The translations under genes and the position numbers were made by a program. Under the pieces are notes generated by a model that was given only the letters and a program-made list of their open reading frames with translations, made no database searches and was not told where the DNA came from. 18,949 nucleotides of DNA. Origin: Pseudomonadota bacterium (lineage in GTDB: Bacteria > Bdellovibrionota_B > Oligoflexia > Oligoflexales > CAIYRB01). Each line of letters begins with the position of its first letter. Positions within the stretch are counted from its first letter, which is position 1. Below are positions 7,511 to 14,707 of this stretch, piece by piece. Location: assembly GCA_031416315.1 (NCBI GenBank), contig JANOTL010000060.1, positions 1 to 18,949 of the forward strand, given 5' to 3'.

Positions 7511-8095
7511 TCAGGAAAGGCCAAGCGGGTCGTTCTTGGTCTTTGCCAAATATCCGGTTCCGTACTGCCAGCCGGAGTAAAGCGCGAGCGCCAAGGCGAC
7601 CCACATCGCGATCATCCCGACGGGGCGGAAGGGGAGGCCCAAAAAGGGCTGGTTCACGAGCAGGCATCCGCAGCCAATGAGCTGGAGGAACGTCTTCCAC
7701 TTTCCGAACTCGTTGACCTCGATTTTGAAGCCTTCCTCCTGGGCCATGAGGCGAATGCCGGAGACGCCGATGTCGCGCGCCAGCATGAGACCCGCCAAAA
7801 ATGCGGGGACGGCGCCGTTCGCCGCGATCAGGACGAGGGTGGCCCCGACGAGCATCTTGTCGGCAATCGGGTCGAGGAGGGCGCCGAGCGGGGTGACGGA
7901 ATTGTACTTTCGGGCCAGGTAGCCGTCGAGGTAGTCGGTGAAGGCCGCGATCGCGAAGATGACTCCCGCGAAGATGTTGACGCGCGGCGAGTTGAACGGC
8001 ACGAGCACGAGGAGCAAAGGAATCGCGGCGATCCGCGCCACCGTCAGCTTGTTCGGAAGCGTCTTCAGGAAGGCCGTCTGTTGGTCGAGCGTCAT
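7511..8095 (-). CDS. pgsA: CDP-diacylglycerol--glycerol-3-phosphate 3-phosphatidyltransferase
   Basis: LPNKLTVARI, CDP-alcohol phosphotransferase motif TDYLDGYLAR...GALLDPIADK, and GKWKTFLQ. Confidence 0.94.
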   Translation of the reverse strand: MTLDQQTAFLKTLPNKLTVARIAAIPLLLVLVPFNSPRVNIFAGVIFAIAAFTDYLDGYLARKYNSVTPLGALLDPIADKMLVGATLVLIAANGAVPAFLAGLMLARDIGVSGIRLMAQEEGFKIEVNEFGKWKTFLQLIGCGCLLVNQPFLGLPFRPVGMIAMWVALALALYSGWQYGTGYLAKTKNDPLGLS

Positions 8096-8132
8096 GGTCT
8101 CTCGCGCCCGGCGAGGCGGTACGGGAATTCGC

Positions 8133-8161
8133 TTGGCGAGTCGGGCTCCATCATTTAGGCT
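8133..8161 (+). promoter_or_regulatory. Putative sigma70 promoter for nadB
   Basis: TTGGCG-N17-TAGGCT. Confidence 0.45.
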
Positions 8162-8181
8162 GCGCCCCCGCTGCTTGTCAA
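8152..8181 (-). promoter_or_regulatory. Putative sigma70 promoter for pgsA
   Basis: Perfect TTGACA (8181-8176) with a weak -10 (CTAAAT/TAAATG) 17-18 nt downstream. Confidence 0.35.
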
Positions 8182-8224
8182 CCGCAGGTCCCCCAATTTC
8201 TTTGAGATTTCCTTGAGCTCAGCC

Positions 8225-9835
8225 ATGCCACCCGTCGTCGTCCGCCACCTCGTGATCGGCTCCGGAATCGCCGGTCTCTCCTTGGCCTTGAAGCTGGCCG
8301 AGCAGGGCGGCGAGGTGCTGATCATCGCAAAAGGCGAGCTGACCGAGTCGAACACCTGGTGGGCGCAGGGCGGCATCGCCTCGGTTCTCGACCGCGGCGA
8401 CTCGTTCGAGCGGCATGTCGACGACACCCTGATGGCGGGCGCCGGCCTGTGCCACCGGGACGTCGTCGACCTCGTCGTGCGGGCGGGCCCGCGCGTCGTG
8501 CAGGAGCTCGCGACGATGGGCGTGCCCTTTTCCAGCAACGGCGACGTCAACGTCGAGCACGGCGAGCGCGACTTCCACCTCACGCGCGAAGGCGGCCACT
8601 CGCACCGGCGCATTCTGCATGTCGACGACGTCACCGGCATGGGCATCATGCGCGTCCTCCTCGAAAAGGCGCGCCTGCACCCGAAGATCGAGATCCTCGA
8701 GCATCAAATGGCCGTCGACCTCGTGACGACCGACAAGTACGCCCCGGACTTCGGCGCCAACAGCTGTGTCGGCGCTTACGTCCTGGACCGCAAGACGCAG
8801 CAGATCTACCTCGTGCGCAGCACGAACACCTACCTCTGCACCGGCGGCCATGGGAAGGTCTACCTCTACACGACGAATCCCGACGCGGCGACCGGAGACG
8901 GCCTGGCCATGGGCTGGCGCGCCGGCTGCAAGATCGCCAACCTCGAGTTCATGCAGTTCCACCCGACCTGCCTCTATCACCCGCAGGCGAAGACCTTCCT
9001 GATCTCGGAGGCCGTACGCGGGGAAGGCGGGATCCTCAAGGACCGCAAGGACCACGCGTTCATGGCCGCGTATCATCCGCTGGCCGACCTCGCCCCGCGC
9101 GACATCGTCGCCCGCGCCATCGACACCGAGCTGAAGAAGAGCGGCGACACCAACGTCTTCCTCGACATCCGCCACCTCGGCGAGGAGCGGATCAAGCACC
9201 ACTTCCCGAACATCCACGCCACCTGCCTCAAGTTCGGCATCGACATGGCGACCCAGATGATCCCGGTCGTGCCCGCTGCGCACTATGCGTGCGGTGGCAT
9301 CGTCGTCGACGCCGCCGGCAGAACAGGGATCGAGGGGCTCTATGCGTTGGGCGAGACGGCATGCTCCGGCCTCCACGGCGCCAACCGCTTGGCGTCGAAT
9401 AGCCTCCTCGAGGCCTTGGTCTTGGCCGACGCCGCCGCCCGCAGCGTCCTCGAAGGCCCCGAGCGCCCTGCCCCGGTCGTCGACGTGCCGCCGTGGGACG
9501 CGGGCGACACCGCTCCTGCCGACGAAATGGTGCTCCTCTCCCACACCTGGGACGAGATTCGCCGCCTCATGTGGCACTACGTCGGCATCGTCCGCAGCGA
9601 CGGCCGCCTTCGGCGCGCTCTGAGCCGGATTACGGCCATCCGCGAGGAGCTCGACGCGTATTACTGGGAATACAAGGTCACGGACGCCCTGTTGGAGGTC
9701 CGTAACCTTGCTCTCGTCGCGTCGCTGACCGTGCGTTGCGCAATGGCGCGCAAGGAGTCGCGCGGCATCCACTACAACATCGATTATCCCGAGGCGAACG
9801 AGCGCTTCGGGAAAAAAGATACGGTCCTGCGCTAA
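8225..9835 (+). CDS. nadB: L-aspartate oxidase
   Basis: FAD motif VIGSGIAGL, WAQGGIA, TREGGHSHRRILH, MQFHPT, LISEAVRGEG, LAPRDIVARAI, GLHGANRLASNSLLE, ESRGIHY. Start is ATG 8225 or TTG 8213. Confidence 0.96.
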   Translation: MPPVVVRHLVIGSGIAGLSLALKLAEQGGEVLIIAKGELTESNTWWAQGGIASVLDRGDSFERHVDDTLMAGAGLCHRDVVDLVVRAGPRVVQELATMGVPFSSNGDVNVEHGERDFHLTREGGHSHRRILHVDDVTGMGIMRVLLEKARLHPKIEILEHQMAVDLVTTDKYAPDFGANSCVGAYVLDRKTQQIYLVRSTNTYLCTGGHGKVYLYTTNPDAATGDGLAMGWRAGCKIANLEFMQFHPTCLYHPQAKTFLISEAVRGEGGILKDRKDHAFMAAYHPLADLAPRDIVARAIDTELKKSGDTNVFLDIRHLGEERIKHHFPNIHATCLKFGIDMATQMIPVVPAAHYACGGIVVDAAGRTGIEGLYALGETACSGLHGANRLASNSLLEALVLADAAARSVLEGPERPAPVVDVPPWDAGDTAPADEMVLLSHTWDEIRRLMWHYVGIVRSDGRLRRALSRITAIREELDAYYWEYKVTDALLEVRNLALVASLTVRCAMARKESRGIHYNIDYPEANERFGKKDTVLR

Positions 9836-9848
9836 GAAGGCCTCTTGC

Positions 9849-10382
9849 TCAGATCTCGGGAGTCGCCGACAAAAGGTCGCTGGAGAGCTCGATCATTTGC
9901 GAGCCCGAGGCGCCCTTCCCGGTGCGACGCTGGGGCGGGCCGCTGCGGACGTCGAGGGACGGCTGCATGCGCTCGATCTGGTCGGGCGTGAAGATGCGCA
10001 CCGACTCGAAGAGCAAGGCCACCAGCTCCGTCCCCGGCTCGAGCGGCTGCTCGAGGAGGATCTTGCCGTCGGTCGTGCAGGCGCGCTTGACGCCGACCGT
10101 GTAGGTCTTGCCGTCCTTCGTCGCCTTGAGCGGGAGGGTGCGTGACTGGATCTCGAATCCAGACTCCTCCAGCTGCCGCACGATCAGATCGCGCTCGAAC
10201 CCGTCGCAGCGCACCGCGGCATAGACGCGGGAGCGCTCGCAATCCGGACACCTTCGCCCGGACCAACGGGCTTCGTTCTCGTCGACGTAGATCTTCGACC
10301 CGTCTTTGAGCTTCTTGCCGGTGTTGATCCACGCCTTGTCCTGAGCACAGTAGGCGCACGAACGGACGTTGCCTCGTTCCAT
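9849..10382 (-). CDS. Hypothetical protein with a C4 zinc ribbon and a restriction-endonuclease-like C-terminal domain
   Basis: GGGAGG RBS. CAYC...CPDC pair followed by FERDLIVRQLEESGFEI...KATKDGKTYTVGVK. Confidence 0.8.
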   Translation of the reverse strand: MERGNVRSCAYCAQDKAWINTGKKLKDGSKIYVDENEARWSGRRCPDCERSRVYAAVRCDGFERDLIVRQLEESGFEIQSRTLPLKATKDGKTYTVGVKRACTTDGKILLEQPLEPGTELVALLFESVRIFTPDQIERMQPSLDVRSGPPQRRTGKGASGSQMIELSSDLLSATPEI

Positions 10383-10457
10383 GTGGTATCCTCCCGACAG
10401 GGCCGCATGACGCGGTCTTTGTGAAGCTATGCTAACTTGTTTACGAGGTTTTGCTGT

Positions 10458-10486
10458 AGTCTACCTGGAAGCAGGGAAGACGGGAA
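10458..10486 (-). promoter_or_regulatory. Putative sigma70 promoter for the zinc-ribbon gene
   Basis: TTCCCG-N17-TAGACT on the minus strand. Confidence 0.4.
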
Positions 10487-10549
10487 AGCAAAATCGCTCG
10501 GGAGCCTCCCGGACAGTGCTGGCAAGCCACCTCGGCCGCAAAGGGCACC

Positions 10550-11680
10550 ATGGCCTGGACGACCATCCTCAAGAACCTGGCACGCGCCGGTGGCGAGGAG
10601 TACCGCGTCGGGCGCCTCATCGACACGCGCCAGCGCGGCGAGGGCGGAGCTATGGCGGGTGGGCGGCAGCTCGTCTGCGACATCGACAAGACCTATCTCG
10701 AGACCGAGTTCGAAAGCCTCGTGCGGATGGCGCGCATCGCGTTTGAGGCGGCGACCGATAAGATCACCGTCGCCGGTGCGTCCGATGTGCTCCTCGCCGC
10801 GCGATGGGGCGACGTCAACGCGCCGCTCGCGAGCGAGCAAGTGCCACGGCCGCTACACTTCGTCTCCTCGTCGCCGCCGCAGCTGCGTGCGGTTCTAGAG
10901 GAGAAGCTGATGCTCGACGGCCTCGACTGGTCGACCGACACGTTTAAAGATCAGGCGTACAACCTCCGCCGTCGCCGCATGGACCTCTTGCGCCAGCACG
11001 TGGCCTACAAGTCGCTCGCAATCCTTCGTCTGTTGATCGCCGCGGGCGCCGGCGCCCGTTTTGCCTTGATCGGCGACAACGCCGAGTCGGACTCCTTCAT
11101 CTACATTGGCGTGAAGCTGGTCGCCTCCGGGCGGCTCAGCCCGGACGCCTACCGTCGCTTCCTCGAGGCGGCGGGCGTCGAGCCGAAGACGGCCGAGGAC
11201 GTCGCAACCGAGGCGGCGCCCCTCGCTGCCGGCGACGGCGCGCTCGTCGACGTGATTTTGATCCGCAACGTGCCGGGCTACCAATTCGTCCGCATCGAGC
11301 CGCTCACGGATCCAGTGCAGACCTTCGACAACTTCTTCCAGGCGGCGCTGCAGCTCATGGTGCACGGCATCGTGCCCCCGGAGACGCTGGTCGAAGTGAC
11401 GCGCCGCTTTCACAATCGCCACGGCATGCCGCGCGCGGCCTTGCGCTCGATGATCGCGCCGATCGCGGCCGACGGCGGCGCGCTCGGCGAAGCGGCCCGC
11501 GCCACCCTCGACCGCTTGGGCGGCATCGGGCCCCCGGGGCTGACGGCGGCCGCGGCCGGCTTCGTCCTGCGCCCGCGCGACGCCACCGGGTTCGACGCCC
11601 TCTCGGAGGCGCAGATCTTGGACGCCGCCCGGCGCTGGCACGATAGGATGAAGACCCTCTACGACGAGCCGGAGGCGTGA
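10550..11680 (+). CDS. App1-like (DUF2183/HAD-fold) phosphatase-domain protein
   Basis: HAD motif I CDIDKT, motif II HFVSSSP, a conserved Lys (AYK) and motif IV LIGDNAESDSFIY. Confidence 0.8.
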   Translation: MAWTTILKNLARAGGEEYRVGRLIDTRQRGEGGAMAGGRQLVCDIDKTYLETEFESLVRMARIAFEAATDKITVAGASDVLLAARWGDVNAPLASEQVPRPLHFVSSSPPQLRAVLEEKLMLDGLDWSTDTFKDQAYNLRRRRMDLLRQHVAYKSLAILRLLIAAGAGARFALIGDNAESDSFIYIGVKLVASGRLSPDAYRRFLEAAGVEPKTAEDVATEAAPLAAGDGALVDVILIRNVPGYQFVRIEPLTDPVQTFDNFFQAALQLMVHGIVPPETLVEVTRRFHNRHGMPRAALRSMIAPIAADGGALGEAARATLDRLGGIGPPGLTAAAAGFVLRPRDATGFDALSEAQILDAARRWHDRMKTLYDEPEA

Positions 11681-12637
11681 TCAGAGGTCCTTCAGCAGGC
11701 CTAAGGCTAGCTGCGAATTGATGTTGCCCTGCGAGAGCATCGCCGTGCCCGCCTGCAAGAGCATCCGCGACTCGACGAGCTTGCTCACTTCAGAAGCATA
11801 GTCGACGTCCGCGATACTCGATTTGGCCGCCGCGATGTTCTCGGTGTAGACGTCCAGGAAGTCGGTCGCTCGATTGAGTCGCGACTGCAGGCCGCCCAAA
11901 ACCGAGCGCTGCGTCGAGATCGTGTTGAGCGCGCGGTCGTAGACGGTGGCGTATTCGCCGTCTTCGTCGCCGTCGTCCATCATCAGATCCTCGACGTCGA
12001 CGAGCGAAAGCCCGCCTTCGTCGCTACCGCCGATGAGGAGATCCTTGGCGCTGCGCAGGCCGAGACCCGCGGTGGTCACGACGATGTTTTTCAGACCCGA
12101 GAACCGGATGGCGTTGATGTCGTCGCCGCCCTCGACGTCGACCGATTCACCGGAGGCGGACGGATCGAACGGGTCGCCGACCCGGAAGACGAGCTCCTCG
12201 GGCCCAGCCGGGTCGTCGCCGTTGAGGAGCGGGATGCCGTTGAAGCTCGTCGACACCGCGACGCGGTTCACCTCGTCGAAGAGTGCCTCGTACTCAATGA
12301 AGAGGAACTTTCGCTCCTTGTCGCTCACCGTCGTATTCGAGGCTGCGATGTTGATCTCCTTCATGCGAAGGATCATGTTCGACACCTCGGAGAGGCTCGA
12401 CTCGGCGGTCTGCAGGAGGTTCACGGCGCTATTGATGTTGTTCTTGGAGCTCGAGAGGCTGCGGAGCTTGAACTCGAGGCCCTCGGCAAGGGCGCGCTCG
12501 GCCGGCTTCGGGTCTGAGCGCGAGAAGTTCGAGCCCGAGCTCAGCTTCTCGAGCGAATTATTCGACTGCTGCTGCGCTTTGCGGACGTGCCGCTCGAGCG
12601 TGGCCTGCAGGGCTTTGTCTTTTATGTGGAACGCCAT
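11681..12637 (-). CDS. Flagellin-family protein (divergent)
   Basis: SLEKLSSG, LLQTAESSLSEVSNMILRMKE, STSFNGIPLLNG, and C-terminal QRSVLGGLQSRL...ENIAAAKSSIADVDYASE...QAGTAMLSQGN. Confidence 0.92.
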   Translation of the reverse strand: MAFHIKDKALQATLERHVRKAQQQSNNSLEKLSSGSNFSRSDPKPAERALAEGLEFKLRSLSSSKNNINSAVNLLQTAESSLSEVSNMILRMKEINIAASNTTVSDKERKFLFIEYEALFDEVNRVAVSTSFNGIPLLNGDDPAGPEELVFRVGDPFDPSASGESVDVEGGDDINAIRFSGLKNIVVTTAGLGLRSAKDLLIGGSDEGGLSLVDVEDLMMDDGDEDGEYATVYDRALNTISTQRSVLGGLQSRLNRATDFLDVYTENIAAAKSSIADVDYASEVSKLVESRMLLQAGTAMLSQGNINSQLALGLLKDL

Positions 12638-14499
12638 TAGCTCGCCTTGCGCACGTCGTCGTCTGAGATGCTGTTCGCTGAGTCCTGAATCTCCACGAGG
12701 TAGCGGCGCGCGTCCGCTGCGCTCGCCGAGGCCGCGTCCCAGTTGGACTGTGGGAGGCGAATGGTCGCCGCTTTCGCCGCCGCGCGGAGGCCGGAAGTGG
12801 CGCTGGCGTGCTCGTCCGCCGCCGCTGTCAGGGCCTGCGCGGCTTTTAAGCCGGCTTCCAGAACGGTATCGGTGTGTTTCAGCTCGAAGGACTGGCGAGT
12901 CAGGGTGCGGGCGATGCGGTCGGCGTGCGCCGTCACTTGCCGGACGCTGGCAGCGACCTCGCTCACCATTTCCGAGCCCTTCGCTTGCGCGCGGTTGATG
13001 TTGTCGACGGTGTTGCCGATCGCGACGCCGTCCTTCTGCACGACGCTGATCGAGGTCAAGAGGCCCTCGAAGTCGCGGATGAGGCTCGAAAGCTCCTCTA
13101 TGCCGCGATGCGTGCGCGCCGCGCTTGCGGCGTAGCTGTCGCTGAAGCGCTCGAGCGCTTGCGCAGCCTGGTCTACGGTGCTGTCGCCCTTGGTAAGGCA
13201 GCCCGAGGCTTGCTCGGCTTCGTTCTGGATGGTGACGAGGAGGCCGGTGATGGAGCGAGTCGCCGACGACGAGCGCGCCGCGAGCTTGCGGACCTCGTCG
13301 GCGACGACGGCGAAGCCTTGACCCTGCTCGCCGGCCCGGGCGGCCTCGATGGAGGCGTTGAGCGCCAATAGGTTGGTCTGCTCGGCGATGTCGTCGATCA
13401 CGTGGATGATGTTGACGATCTCTTTCGCGCGGGTCGAAAGCATCGCCACGAGGGCCGAAGCGCGCGCCACGTCGGAGCTGCAGGTCTTGATCGCACCGTG
13501 AGAATCTTTAAGGAGCTGGTCGCCCGACCTCGCGTGCTCGTGCAGCTCGCGAAGATGAGAGCTGACGACCTCGGCACGGTTCTGCAGGACGCCCTCGAGC
13601 TTCATCGTGTCCGCGATGCGCATCATCATCGTTTGCGCGATCTTCTTTAGGCCGCGGCCCAACTCGGAGCCGCGGTCCTGCTGCGTTCGGGCGGCGAGGA
13701 CCTGGTTCGAAGCCGCGTTCCACTCCGCCCGTGTGGCAGCCGCGAAGTGCGCCTGCTCTTCGCATTGGCGGCTCAAGGCCGACACGAGGCGGCTCGCGTC
13801 GCTTAAGGCCGCGGTGAGCGTCTGAGCGGATTCCCCGAGGGAGCGGCTCGTCGCGTCGACCGAAAGGACCTCGGCCAGGGACAGGTCGGCGAGGGCTTGG
13901 GTCTCGCCGTCGAGGCTGGCCGAAGGCATCTGCGCTTCGGAGAGCGCATGGTCCAGACGCCGCGCGGCGTCGCGAATCGCCGAGGCGGCGCGGGCCGTCG
14001 CGACACTCGTCGGCAAGGTCACGAGCGGCGCTTGCGCGCCAAAAACGCCGGTAAGCACTTGAGCGATCGGTGTCGACGCCTTGACGGCAGCTGCAGAAAC
14101 GACGGGAGCTGCGGCCACCGTCGGTCCATCAGTTTCTTGCGAGCGCATCCCGTCAGCGCGCCGCGAACGCGACGCATAAAAACCTAGAGGCACAAGGCCA
14201 ACCAAGGCGATGAGCTGCAACATCGTCAGAGCCATGAGCAGACCTTGCGACACGAGCTCGTGGCCTTCGGTCAGCTTCACGATCGTCTCGGCCTCGTTGC
14301 GCACCGAGTCGGCCGCGATCGTCTGCAGGTTCTGCGGAATTTGGGCAAACGACCGAGCGGTCGCCGCCAGCTCGCGGCTCTTGCCGCCGGCCAGCTCGTG
14401 GAAGGAGCTGAGGTCGGCGAGCGCGGCGAGCGCGGCGCCGGCGATCACCAGCTGCAACGCGAACCACCACTTGAACGCAGGATGCGGGGTGCGGGACAT
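12637..14499 (-). CDS. Methyl-accepting chemotaxis protein (620 aa)
   Basis: Two TM helices and the signalling hairpin [40 protein letters not shown]. Start re-assigned to ATG 14499 because of the GAGG RBS and its position downstream of the sigma28-like site. Confidence 0.92.
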   Translation of the reverse strand: MSRTPHPAFKWWFALQLVIAGAALAALADLSSFHELAGGKSRELAATARSFAQIPQNLQTIAADSVRNEAETIVKLTEGHELVSQGLLMALTMLQLIALVGLVPLGFYASRSRRADGMRSQETDGPTVAAAPVVSAAAVKASTPIAQVLTGVFGAQAPLVTLPTSVATARAASAIRDAARRLDHALSEAQMPSASLDGETQALADLSLAEVLSVDATSRSLGESAQTLTAALSDASRLVSALSRQCEEQAHFAAATRAEWNAASNQVLAARTQQDRGSELGRGLKKIAQTMMMRIADTMKLEGVLQNRAEVVSSHLRELHEHARSGDQLLKDSHGAIKTCSSDVARASALVAMLSTRAKEIVNIIHVIDDIAEQTNLLALNASIEAARAGEQGQGFAVVADEVRKLAARSSSATRSITGLLVTIQNEAEQASGCLTKGDSTVDQAAQALERFSDSYAASAARTHRGIEELSSLIRDFEGLLTSISVVQKDGVAIGNTVDNINRAQAKGSEMVSEVAASVRQVTAHADRIARTLTRQSFELKHTDTVLEAGLKAAQALTAAADEHASATSGLRAAAKAATIRLPQSNWDAASASAADARRYLVEIQDSANSISDDDVRKAS

Positions 14500-14548
14500 G
14501 GGCAGACCTCGAGGAGGCGAGTAGGAGACGAGTCGCCTCGTCACCAAC

Positions 14549-14575
14549 GTATCGACCTTTCGGCCCTTGGGTTTA
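14549..14575 (-). promoter_or_regulatory. Putative sigma28 (FliA) promoter of the MCP-flagellin operon
   Basis: TAAA-N15-GTCGATAC upstream of classical FliA targets. Confidence 0.7.
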
Positions 14576-14707
14576 TGCCGGCCGCCGGCCGCCGGCCTCC
14601 GGGCCGTACGATAACTTACCATAACCAATGAATTATCATCAATCGTTCAGGGCGCTTGCGGCTGCGAACCTGGACTTTTTGGGTCGTTTCCATTAGATAG
14701 GCCGCGC

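Noticed and set aside
8219..9772. 517-aa minus-strand ORF and 347-aa alternate-frame ORF
   Set aside because: Shadows of nadB with low-complexity composition.
14576..14597. GCCG/GGCC repeated tract
   Set aside because: Low-complexity GC run with no spacer structure; not a CRISPR array or a mobile-element end.
14500..14628. Longer MCP start in the track
   Set aside because: It would include the sigma28-like promoter and lacks an RBS; ATG 14499 has GAGG.
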